From the sequence record SRR20825006_177: 42,576 bases of DNA, one strand, 5' to 3'. This document shows positions 17,340 to 26,324 of the stretch, piece by piece. Each line of letters opens with the position of its first letter. Within the stretch, counting starts at the first letter, position 1. The notes under the pieces are model-generated. The model saw only the letters and a list, made by a program, of their open reading frames with translations, made no database searches and was not told where the DNA came from. A program made the position numbers and the translations under genes.

Positions 17340-17985
17340 ATGTCGGGTTGCTGTGAGGACAAAACATTTGATGGGGTTTCGCCTGCTTATAAGCGGGCTC
17401 TGATGGCCGTCATCGCCATCAATGCGGTCATGTTCTTTGTTTGAAATGACGGCGGGGATAATGTCGGGCTCTCAGGCCCTCAAAGCCGACGCACTCGACT
17501 TCGCAGGCGATACGGCGACCTACGCGCTCAGCCTCTTCGTTATCGGGGCGAGCCTGAGGACGCGGGCGCTTGCATCGCTGATCAAAGGCGCCTCGCTCGC
17601 AGCGATCGCGATCGCCGTCCTCGGCATGACCGTGTTGAGGGTCATGAACGGCGCGCCGCCGGAAGCCGCAACCATGGGAGTGGTCGGCTTTCTGGCACTG
17701 TCCGCCAATGTCGCGAGCGTGCTGATACTGCTGCGCTGGCGCGACGGCGACAGCAATGTGCGTTCGGTCTGGCTCTGCTCGCGCAATGACGCCATCGGCA
17801 ATGTCGGCGTGATCGTCGCTGGCGGGGTTGTCGCGCTGACCGGAACGGCCTGGCCGGACCTGCTTGTCGCCGCCCTTCTGGCGGGCCTGTTCCTGAAATC
17901 GGCGAGCGCCATCACGCTGCAGGCCCTGCGGGAACTGAACACAACCGGCGCGTCGCATGCGACTCCGGTCGAATCGTCCTCATGA
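17340..17985 (+). pseudogene. Cation diffusion facilitator-type transporter, frameshifted by one extra T
   Basis: ATG 17340 gives MSGCCEDK...YKRALMAVIAINAVMFFV-stop (TGA 17442-17444). The +1 frame continues EMTAG...SQALKADALDF...RNDAIGN. Removing one T at 17440-17442 restores the ORF. Confidence 0.8.
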
Positions 17986-18434
17986 GCCTGCGCATTCCAC
18001 CTCTTGTTCAGGTCCTGATCTGCGGTGCGATCGGCTGGGGACTGTCCTCTGTCACGCCTTTTCTGGCGTTCGAAGGCGTGTGGCGTTCTGCGGCGGCGTT
18101 GCTTTTCATCGCTGCTGGCATGGCCATTCTGGCGCTCGCGCTCGGCGCATTCATCCGCGCCCGCACAACCGTCAATCCGCTCGCCCCTGAAGAGGCTGCC
18201 ACGCTGGTCACCACAGGGCTTTACCGCATCAGCCGCAATCCGATGTATTTGGCCATGGCGGCCATTCTGACAGGCGGCGCGTTTCTGATGGGCAATTTGT
18301 CCGCTTTCGTAGCTCCAATTCTCTTTGTCTGGCTGATGACTGAGTTTCAGATCAAACCGGAAGAGCGCGCGCTGCAGGCGAGATTCGGTGAAGCGTTTGA
18401 CGCCTACCGTATCCGCACGCGGCGCTGGATTTAG
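17982..18434 (+). CDS. Isoprenylcysteine carboxyl methyltransferase (ICMT/PEMT) family membrane protein
   Basis: TTVNP, LVTTGLYRISRNPMYL and PEERAL..FGEAFDAY motifs. Confidence 0.88.
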   Translation: MSLRIPPLVQVLICGAIGWGLSSVTPFLAFEGVWRSAAALLFIAAGMAILALALGAFIRARTTVNPLAPEEAATLVTTGLYRISRNPMYLAMAAILTGGAFLMGNLSAFVAPILFVWLMTEFQIKPEERALQARFGEAFDAYRIRTRRWI

Positions 18435-18445
18435 GAGGCGCGCCT

Positions 18446-19018
18446 GTGTTCAATACACCCCTATGGATGGAATGGCTGGCGTTCGGATTGTCAGTGTCCG
18501 GAGCGGCAGCGATCTTTTCGCTGTGTGCGGTATCGCTGTTCCGACGCGATTTTCAGTTTTTTCCGCCTCCGGAAAAACGGAGCTGGCAATACCGGACGTT
18601 CTGGGCCTTTTTTCGTTTGTTTCTATACCCGCTTGTTGCGCTCTCCATCCTCGTTTTTGAGCCGGCGGAGGATGCGGGGGCCATGGCCCGGCAAGGTGTC
18701 GGCGGCGTGCTGGCGGTCACGGGTATTGGCCTTGCCTTCTGGATCTCAATCCAGATGGGCTGGCGCAATGCCTTCGGCGAAGCGCGGGGGCTGGTGACAG
18801 ATGGCTGGTTTCGTTTCAGCCGGAACCCGATCTATGTCGTGACCTGGCTTGGTCTGCTGGGCTGGGCGATCATCTTGAACGATTTGCGCGTAACGTTTCT
18901 GCTGTCTTTATGGGCAGCGATGTACTGGCTCGCTCCGAGGATAGAAGAGCCCTGGCTGGAACGCCAGTATGGGGATGAGTATTGCGCCTATAAGCAGCGA
19001 ACGCGGCGTTTTTTCTAA
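18446..19018 (+). CDS. Second ICMT/PEMT family membrane methyltransferase
   Basis: LVTDGWFRFSRNPIY and EEPWLERQYGDEY motifs; AGGAGG RBS with GTG start. Confidence 0.85.
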   Translation: MFNTPLWMEWLAFGLSVSGAAAIFSLCAVSLFRRDFQFFPPPEKRSWQYRTFWAFFRLFLYPLVALSILVFEPAEDAGAMARQGVGGVLAVTGIGLAFWISIQMGWRNAFGEARGLVTDGWFRFSRNPIYVVTWLGLLGWAIILNDLRVTFLLSLWAAMYWLAPRIEEPWLERQYGDEYCAYKQRTRRFF

Positions 19019-19394
19019 GGGCGGTGTTCGGCTGTTCGACCAAGGAAAGGGCGCCCCGGCCTTCGCCGGCCGGGCTGGCGTGAACCAGGCCATCGCTGCG
19101 CGCCGTCCCGGCCCTTCGGGCTTTCATCCCTGGCGCAGTTTTTAAGCAGTGTTGTGAAGGATTCGGTCGGCGCTGGCGCGCCGGCATGTTTGCTTCTTTT
19201 TTCCCTCTCAGGCGGGGGCGGAGGCGCGCATGCCAGATGGCGGCGCTCCCGGAAGGGGGGCGGCGTCTTGAAGATCGTCTATGTGCCTGCGGCCTCCTAC
19301 CTGACCCCTTCCGCTCACGCCTGACGCCATCTGGCCAGCGGCCTCTCACCGCCCCCGCCTTGCGGGAAAAAAGCGGGGGTCAGAGGAGGCAGAG

Positions 19395-20339
19395 ATGGCG
19401 CAGCGCCGCAGACAACGAAACACGCGGAAAGACCTGTATTCAGAGGTCACGGATAACATCATCGCGGAACTGGAACAGGGGCGCGCGCCTTGGGTGCAGC
19501 CTTGGGGCGGGGTGGAGGGGGCTACTCCGCTTGGCTTGCCCGAGAATGGCGCGACGGGCAGGCGCTATTCCGGAATCAATATTCTGCTTTTATGGGGCGC
19601 GGCGATTGAGCAAAGCCGTTCCTGTCAGACATGGCTGACCTTCAAACAGGCGCTGTCACTTGGCGGGTGTGTTCGCAAAGGCGAGCGCGGCACGACGGTT
19701 GTTTATGCCGACCGCTTCACCCCGAAAGCCGAACGGGAACGTGTGCGCGAGACGGGCGAGTCGCCGGGCACGGTGCCGTTTCTCAAACGCTATACCGTGT
19801 TCAATGCAGACCAGTGCGACGGCCTGCCCGAAGACCTGACCGCCAACGCGCCCGACTTGCCGGAGCGCGAGATTATCCCCCGCGCCGAAGCGCTGATTAC
19901 AGCGACGGGCGCGGATTTCAGGATTGGCGGCGACCGCGCCTACTATGTTCCGTCCAGGGATTTCATTCAGGTTCCGCCGCAGCCTGCTTTCTTTGACCAG
20001 ATCAATTATTACCGCACCTGCTTTCATGAGCTTGGCCACTGGACCGGGCACCCGAAACGCCTCGCCCGCGACCTGAAAGGCGCATTCGGCACCAAAGATT
20101 ACGCCCGCGAGGAACTGGTGGCGGAACTCGCCAGTGCGTTCATCTGCGCGGACCAGTCCATCGCCCCGACCGTGCGGCATACGGATTACATCGGTTCTTG
20201 GCTGGAAGTATTGCGCGAGGACAAGCGCGCCATTTTTCGCGCCGCGTCGCTCGCTTCCAAGGCGGCTGATTACATTCTCGCTTATGCCGCGCCGGACCCC
20301 TGCAGCGCTGCCGCAGCGATGGAAGCGGCGCCATGGTGA
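19395..20339 (+). CDS. ardC: ArdC-family antirestriction/ssDNA-binding protein (DUF1738 + zincin-like domain)
   Basis: PWVQPW, YSGIN, WLTFKQA, VRKGE, HELGHWTG and YAREELVAEL motifs. Confidence 0.92.
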   Translation: MAQRRRQRNTRKDLYSEVTDNIIAELEQGRAPWVQPWGGVEGATPLGLPENGATGRRYSGINILLLWGAAIEQSRSCQTWLTFKQALSLGGCVRKGERGTTVVYADRFTPKAERERVRETGESPGTVPFLKRYTVFNADQCDGLPEDLTANAPDLPEREIIPRAEALITATGADFRIGGDRAYYVPSRDFIQVPPQPAFFDQINYYRTCFHELGHWTGHPKRLARDLKGAFGTKDYAREELVAELASAFICADQSIAPTVRHTDYIGSWLEVLREDKRAIFRAASLASKAADYILAYAAPDPCSAAAAMEAAPW

Positions 20340-20551
20340 GGCAGATAAACAAAAGGTCCGGGGGACATTTTGTCTGCCGAACGAATCCGCCCTTTCGCAT
20401 CAGCCGACTCGACGCGGCGCTTGCATCGCTTGACGCCGAAGACATTGGCGCATGGGCCGTGCTGGTCTGCGGCTGTTTCCACATTTTCGAGAGCGAGGGG
20501 GCGGCGCATCGCGCCTACCGCCTCTGGCTTGAAAACCGCCCTGTGCGCTGA
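20333..20551 (+). CDS. Small hypothetical protein between ardC and parB
   Basis: 72-aa ORF overlapping the ardC stop and filling the gap before the parB RBS. Confidence 0.5.
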   Translation: MVRQINKRSGGHFVCRTNPPFRISRLDAALASLDAEDIGAWAVLVCGCFHIFESEGAAHRAYRLWLENRPVR

Positions 20552-20597
20552 CGCACGGGGCATCCCACCAACTGCACATCATGAAGGAGGCAACGCC

Positions 20598-22370
20598 ATG
20601 CAGTTAAAACATATCCCTATCACCGACATGAAAGTGTCCCGGCTCAATATGCGCCACGGGCGCAAAGCGCCCGACATTTCCGACATCTATCCGTCGATAA
20701 AGTCGCGCGGCGTCTTGCAGACCATGCTGGTCCGCAAGGAAGGTAGCAAGTATGGCGTTGTCGCCGGACGCCGCCGTTTCTTCGCCCTCAAACGCCTCGC
20801 CAAGGAGACAGGCAAGGCGCAGAAAGCGCCCTGTCTCGTTATGCAATCCGGCGATGACATTGCCGCGCTGGAAGCGACCCTTGTCGAGAACACCACCCAC
20901 CTTCCAGCCGACGAGTTTCTGCAATATGACGTCTTCGCCCGGCTTGCTTCAAAAGGCGAGACCGTCACGGTGATTGCAGAGCGCTTCGGCGTCACCGAAC
21001 TCATGGTGCGCCGGGTGCTGGCGCTGACGGCGCTCACCGATGATATCAAGGCGCTCTACAGGGCCGAAATCATCGACAAGCGGACGCTTTACGCCCTGAC
21101 GCTCGCCACAAAAGAGCAGCAGGAAGACTGGCTGACCCTGTTGAACGCGGAAGACGAATACGCCCCGCGCGGCGAGCAGTTGAAAGACTGGCTCACAGGC
21201 GGCGGCCGCATCACCACCGACAAGGCGCTGTTCGATTTGGAAGCCTATGACGGGACCGTGCTGACCGACCTGTTCGGCGAGACTGCCATTTTCGGGGACG
21301 CTGACCTGTTCTGGACTTGCCAGAATGAGGCCATCGCCGACATGGCCGAACGCTACCGGAATGAGGGCTGGGCCGAAACCGTCGTGCTGGAACGGGGCGC
21401 GCACTTCCTGACATGGGAGCATGGCAAGCGCAGCCGGAAAGACGGCGGCAAGGTCTATATCGAGACCCGCCATGACGGCTCTGTCACGGCCCATGAAGGC
21501 TATCTGCCATCAAAGGACATCGAGAAAATCGAGCGTATCCTTGGCCGGGGCGGCGATGGCGAGAACGGCAAGCCCGCCCCAAAACCGGAAATGTCCGGTC
21601 CCTTGGCGGAATATGTCGCGCTGCACCGTCACGCCGCCGTCAGGGCGAGTCTGTGCGATGCGCCCGGCGTCGCGCTGCGCCTCGCCGTCGCCCATCTTGT
21701 CACCCGCTCGGATAACTGGCGGCTGGACGTTGAGCAGCAGCGCACACGGAAGGAAGCGACCGCGGAAAGCCTCGCGGCTTCGGCAGGGGAAGTGAAGTTC
21801 GCCGCGCACCGCGCCAAGGCCAAGGCGCTGATTGGGCAGGATGACCAAGACGGTTCGCTGGTGGCGGAGAATGCTTTTCCCGCCGACCCTTGCGAGACCT
21901 TCGCCCGGCTTCTGGCGCTCAGTGATGAAGAGGTGCTGCATGTTCTCGCCGTCGCAATGGGCGAAACCCTGCAGGCAGGTTCGCCCGCCGTCGAAGCCGC
22001 CGCACATGTGACGGACACGGATTTTGCCGCGCTGTGGTCGCCCGATGAGGCGTTCTTTTACTTGCTGCGCGACAAGCGCGTCATCAATGAAGTGGTCGCT
22101 GAAATCGCCTCGCCATCCACGGCCCGGTCTGTCCTGACCGATACCGGAAAGGCGCAGAAATCCGTCATCCGCAACCGCATCGCCGGGCATGGATGCGACC
22201 CCGACCCGGACTGGCGGCCCCGCTGGATGCGGCAGTCGCCATCCTCTTATCTTGACGGCGCGCCATGCCCGCCCGCCGAAGCGTGGGAGGCCGTCAGGGG
22301 TCTGTTCGAGGACAGCGAGGACAGGGCTTCGCTCGAAACCCCGGAAGCAAAGACAGCCATCGCCGCCTGA
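20598..22370 (+). CDS. ParB/RepB/Spo0J-family protein (long ICE/plasmid type)
   Basis: N.R, SI..RGVLQ.MLVR, VVAGRRRF and EN motifs plus HTH; AGGAGG RBS before ATG 20598. Confidence 0.88.
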   Translation: MQLKHIPITDMKVSRLNMRHGRKAPDISDIYPSIKSRGVLQTMLVRKEGSKYGVVAGRRRFFALKRLAKETGKAQKAPCLVMQSGDDIAALEATLVENTTHLPADEFLQYDVFARLASKGETVTVIAERFGVTELMVRRVLALTALTDDIKALYRAEIIDKRTLYALTLATKEQQEDWLTLLNAEDEYAPRGEQLKDWLTGGGRITTDKALFDLEAYDGTVLTDLFGETAIFGDADLFWTCQNEAIADMAERYRNEGWAETVVLERGAHFLTWEHGKRSRKDGGKVYIETRHDGSVTAHEGYLPSKDIEKIERILGRGGDGENGKPAPKPEMSGPLAEYVALHRHAAVRASLCDAPGVALRLAVAHLVTRSDNWRLDVEQQRTRKEATAESLAASAGEVKFAAHRAKAKALIGQDDQDGSLVAENAFPADPCETFARLLALSDEEVLHVLAVAMGETLQAGSPAVEAAAHVTDTDFAALWSPDEAFFYLLRDKRVINEVVAEIASPSTARSVLTDTGKAQKSVIRNRIAGHGCDPDPDWRPRWMRQSPSSYLDGAPCPPAEAWEAVRGLFEDSEDRASLETPEAKTAIAA

Positions 22371-22819
22371 CACGCCTCCCGTAAGCGGCATGGTTCGGGA
22401 CCGTCCGGCAGTTTTGCCGGGCGGTCTTTTCCTGTTGGTGGCGCGGAAGCAAGCTCGCGAAACGACATGGGTGGTTTCCTTACCAACTGCCCTGTTTGTT
22501 CCTGACATATTGGCGTGCCTGCCAGTTGCAAACACCTCTGGCATTGCACGAAGGACGCCCCGAGCGGCCCCGTTTCCTTGCCTGACCTGGACGACCGCCT
22601 GCGGGCCATGAAACCGCCCATCGCCAGAAATTTCCTCTGCTGTTCGGTCTGAAGAAGACCGAACGCGCATTCACCGCGAATCAAATTTCCGCCACCGGGC
22701 GGTGCTCCGCTTTGCTGCGCCCGCTTCGCGGTTCAGACCTGCCGCCCGCCGTCCCTTTAGGTCAGCGTCAACGGAGCCATCGGGGCGCCCGCGACACGAA
22801 GCCAAAAGGAGATATGAAA

Positions 22820-23143
22820 ATGGCTAACGCACTTGGATATGTCAGCGAAACAGACACAGGCTTTGAAGGCGCACTTGCCATGATGAGCCTCAACACGCCG
22901 ATCCGCATCATCAAAAATGACGAAAAGACCGCCGACAAACAGCCCGATTTCAGGGTCTATGCCGGAGAGAAAGGCTCCGATATTGGCGGCGGCTGGGTCC
23001 GCACCGCGAAGTCTTCGGGCCGCGAATATGTCTCGCTCACCCTCGCAGACCCGATGATCGGCCCGCGCAAAATCTATGCGAACCTCGCCCCGGTCAAGGA
23101 TAAGGATGGCCGCCACGTCATCCTCTGGAACCCGCAGGGCTAG
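22820..23143 (+). CDS. DUF736 family protein
   Basis: PDFRVY, IGGGW, EYVSLTLADP, IYANL and ILWN motifs; AGGAG RBS. Confidence 0.88.
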   Translation: MANALGYVSETDTGFEGALAMMSLNTPIRIIKNDEKTADKQPDFRVYAGEKGSDIGGGWVRTAKSSGREYVSLTLADPMIGPRKIYANLAPVKDKDGRHVILWNPQG

Positions 23144-23166
23144 ACGCCGAAACACCAACCATAACG

Positions 23167-23200
23167 CCGCCCCGGAGGCTTTCTCCGGGGCGGTTTTTTT
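23167..23200 (+). terminator. Rho-independent terminator
   Basis: 11-bp stem CCGCCCCGGAG / CTCCGGGGCGG followed by T7. Confidence 0.9.
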
Positions 23201-23320
23201 ATGCTTTTTCCTTGGTTAAAACGTCGGGGGAAAATTCATGTGATCCATTTTCCCTCTGCAAAATCCCGCAATCTCCGCCAATCCTTTCGTCTCAAAAGTG
23301 ATGAAAGGACACTGTGTACA

Positions 23321-23563
23321 ATGACGAAAAACAGACGAAATGATCGCCGAAACGATGGCTGGCCGGAGCTTTTGAGTGTCGAGGAAGCGGCAGAATTTCT
23401 GAGGCTGAAACGCTCAACGCTTGACCATTATCGCTGCGAGGGACGCGGGCCGATTTACCGCAAACATGGCGCGCGGGTCTTCTATCCGAAACCCGATCTC
23501 ATCCGCTGGTCAGAGCGCAATTCCTATGCGTCCACATCCGAACGCCTGCAGAAGCCGGAATGA
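23321..23563 (+). CDS. Excisionase/RdfS-like winged-HTH (HTH_17) protein
   Basis: LLSVEEAAEFLRL..STL..YR..G.GP.YRKHG.RV.Y...DL..W pattern; directly upstream of traF as in ICEMlSym-type elements. Confidence 0.85.
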   Translation: MTKNRRNDRRNDGWPELLSVEEAAEFLRLKRSTLDHYRCEGRGPIYRKHGARVFYPKPDLIRWSERNSYASTSERLQKPE

Positions 23564-24135
23564 AAAAGCGCACGCTTTGGATGACAGGATTTAGCGCCGG
23601 TCTTGTCTTTTTCGGTCTGGTTCTCGACCCCGCAGATCGCTTGATCTGGAACCGGACCGCGAGCGCACCGACAGGGCTTTACTGGCTGAGCGACGCGCCC
23701 TTCACCCCTGGCCGATGGGTCGTCGTCTCCAGCCAGAGCGTGCAAGCGAACTGGGCGCAGGAGCATGAATTTGTTGGCGAAGACTGGCCGTTATTGAAAC
23801 AGATTGCCGGGGGTCCCGGCGATGAAATCTGCCGGACCGGACGCGACATTCTGATCAATGATGAAGTTGTGGCGGAAGCGCTGATTGTCGATTCCAGTGG
23901 CCGAAACCTGCCTGTGTGGGATGGCTGTGTCCGGCTTGAAAGCGATGAGCTTTTCCTGCTGACGCCGCATCCGGCGTCGCTTGATGGCCGGTATTTCGGT
24001 CCCGTAAAACAAACAGACCTGGATGGCGTCGCCATCCCCGTTTTCGTGGCCCGGGACAGACAGGGCGCAAGCGGATGCAAAGCGATACATGCGGATGCAA
24101 GGGAATCAGAAGCGAACCCGGTAGGGCAAGATTGA
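23560..24135 (+). CDS. traF: S26 family peptidase, pilin-processing TraF
   Basis: WNRTASAPTGLY, PLLKQI..GPGD.IC and SLDGRYFGP motifs. Confidence 0.9.
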   Translation: MKKRTLWMTGFSAGLVFFGLVLDPADRLIWNRTASAPTGLYWLSDAPFTPGRWVVVSSQSVQANWAQEHEFVGEDWPLLKQIAGGPGDEICRTGRDILINDEVVAEALIVDSSGRNLPVWDGCVRLESDELFLLTPHPASLDGRYFGPVKQTDLDGVAIPVFVARDRQGASGCKAIHADARESEANPVGQD

Positions 24136-24277
24136 AGCTATGGCACCACATGGCGCCTAACCCCTTGTCTGCACATCTGTTTTTTGGCGCCCTTTGCACA
24201 GCATTGTGGTGCATGCGTTTCTCGAAACGCGTTGAAATTACTGAATATTCCTTGGTGCACGGATTGAGTGACCTCCG
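24120..24277. other. Probable oriT-containing region
   Basis: Non-coding gap between traF and the relaxase with several inverted repeats; assigned by position only. Confidence 0.4.
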
Positions 24278-26206
24278 ATGAGCGAGGAAAGACCCTTCAC
24301 GCCGCGGCTCGGACGTATACGCGATCAAGGCGCGCCCGCAGGCAAGCGCTTGTCACGCCAGCTGAATAAGGCCGGAGCGAGACTTTCCAAAGCCTCTCGC
24401 AAGTCTGCCTTTACAGGCGCGCGTTATGGCACGGGCGGCGCGGCCCGAACCGGTGGTTCTCGCCATAGGCATTTGTCTCGCCAACACATGCGCCGCGTCA
24501 TTGTCAAAGTGCATATCGCAAGAGCGCGCGGCGCAGGTCCCGGACTCTTTCGCGCCCATGTCAGCTATCTGCAGCGCGACGGTGTCGATCGCGAGGGAGA
24601 AGGAGGCATTCTTTATGATCGCGATCAGGAGGGGATCAGCCCCCGCGAATTTCTGGAGCGTAGCGAGCATGACCTCCACCAGTTTCGGATCATCGTCTCG
24701 CCGGAAGATGGCGCACGTATGGGGGACCTCAAACAGGCCACGCGCGAACTGATGGCGAGAATGGAAAGGGATGTCGGGCGGCGTCTCGATTGGGTCGCCG
24801 TTGATCACCACAATACAGGCCATCCGCATACCCATATTGTTGTGCGGGGTCGCGACGCCCGGATGAAGGATGTCGTCATCGCGCGGGACTATCTCACAAA
24901 GGGCCTCCGAGAAGCTGCCGAAGAACTCGCCACGCAACGGCTCGGACCGAGGCGAACATTGGAGATCGCGGGTGCGCGTCAGAAGCAGGTGGATCAGGAC
25001 CGCTGGACAGGGCTCGATTCCGAGATCGAAACGCGATTGGAGAACGGCGCATTCAGGCTAGGTGATGCAAGCTCGAGCAAAGAGCGGTTTGATCGGTCCT
25101 TGCGCTTCGCGCGCATCAGGCACCTTGAATCTCTTGGCCTGGCTGAACAGGACGGCACGCTCTCCTGGCGAATGAAACAGGGCTGGCAAGAGCAGCTAAA
25201 ACGCAGAGCACGGCGCGGCGATATCATCCGCACACTTGCCGCTGAATTCGGCGAACGAGAGTCCGACATTCGATTTGTTCAGGACCGCGCGAAAGACGCC
25301 GCCCCCATTCGCGGGGTCGTGAAGGCTTATGGCCCGGAGGATGAACTTCGCGATACGCGCTATCTGCTTATTGAAGATTTTGACGGTGGCATCTGGCATG
25401 TGCCTTCTGCAGCGGTCGATGTTCACGCCCGCCCGCCGCAAGGCGCAGTGGTGGAGCTCTCCCGCGCGCGAGCCGTGGCGCGTTCCTCGGACAAGGCCAT
25501 TGCTGAGGTCGCAGAGCAAACCGGCGATATCTGGTCGGAAGCCCTGCACGCCCGCCACGATCCCGGATCAAAACCAGCCTATCATCTGACACTGAAGCGG
25601 CGGCTCGAAGCTTTGCGGCGTGTGGGTATTGGGGAGCGCCTTGCGACCGGTGAATGGCACATTGGCGAAGACTTTCTGGAGCGCGCAGCGGCATATGAGG
25701 CGGGCCGATCCGGCGGCGTCAAATTGAGTGTCCTGTCCTGGCTTTCACCGAAGATGCAGATCGACCGCCTCGGCGAAACATGGATCGACGACCTGTCAGA
25801 GGATGCAGCAGCGCAGCAGCAAACCTTGAAGGACTTGAAAGCAAGTCGGCAGATCTGGCTCCGCGAACAAGGCTATCTGGGTGCGGGCCAATCAGAACTC
25901 ATGGAAGAGCAGAAAAGCAAGCTGCGCGCTCTGGAACTGAAGCGTGAGCGGGACACCATCGCAGTCGCTTCAGGCCGAACCTCTGTTCAGCTGGCGAAAG
26001 GGGATCGGTTTGAGGGCAAGCTCGAAGGGCATGTCGACCTTGCAGCCGGGCGTATGGCGATCATTGGCAACGCAAAGGAATTCGCGCTGGTGCCATGGCG
26101 TGGCAGTCTTGGTCGGCAAATGGGACGAGAACTGACCATAAAACGCACCGCGTCGGGTATTGGCTGGAGCATGGATATGGGGCGTTCCAGAGGGCTGTCT
26201 CGCTAG
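24278..26206 (+). CDS. MOBP relaxase (VirD2/RlxS-like, DUF3363)
   Basis: HVSYLQRDG, FRIIVSPEDG and WVAVDHHNTGHPHTHIVVRG (3H motif); C-terminal FALVPW. Confidence 0.92.
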   Translation: MSEERPFTPRLGRIRDQGAPAGKRLSRQLNKAGARLSKASRKSAFTGARYGTGGAARTGGSRHRHLSRQHMRRVIVKVHIARARGAGPGLFRAHVSYLQRDGVDREGEGGILYDRDQEGISPREFLERSEHDLHQFRIIVSPEDGARMGDLKQATRELMARMERDVGRRLDWVAVDHHNTGHPHTHIVVRGRDARMKDVVIARDYLTKGLREAAEELATQRLGPRRTLEIAGARQKQVDQDRWTGLDSEIETRLENGAFRLGDASSSKERFDRSLRFARIRHLESLGLAEQDGTLSWRMKQGWQEQLKRRARRGDIIRTLAAEFGERESDIRFVQDRAKDAAPIRGVVKAYGPEDELRDTRYLLIEDFDGGIWHVPSAAVDVHARPPQGAVVELSRARAVARSSDKAIAEVAEQTGDIWSEALHARHDPGSKPAYHLTLKRRLEALRRVGIGERLATGEWHIGEDFLERAAAYEAGRSGGVKLSVLSWLSPKMQIDRLGETWIDDLSEDAAAQQQTLKDLKASRQIWLREQGYLGAGQSELMEEQKSKLRALELKRERDTIAVASGRTSVQLAKGDRFEGKLEGHVDLAAGRMAIIGNAKEFALVPWRGSLGRQMGRELTIKRTASGIGWSMDMGRSRGLSR

Positions 26207-26324
26207 ACGGCTTGGATGGCTTTGCAAGGCGCTGCGGGAATTGGCGCAGAATCCCGCTGGTCCAAGACCAGTCTCAGCAATCATTCTTGGGAGACGACAA
26301 ATTGCTCTTTCAAGGAGGCACGCC

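Noticed and set aside
21510-22670. 386-aa minus-strand ORF and the many other antisense ORFs in the track (for example 292-939, 39905-40606)
   Set aside because: They are shadows of well-supported genes in GC-rich DNA and have no recognisable motifs.
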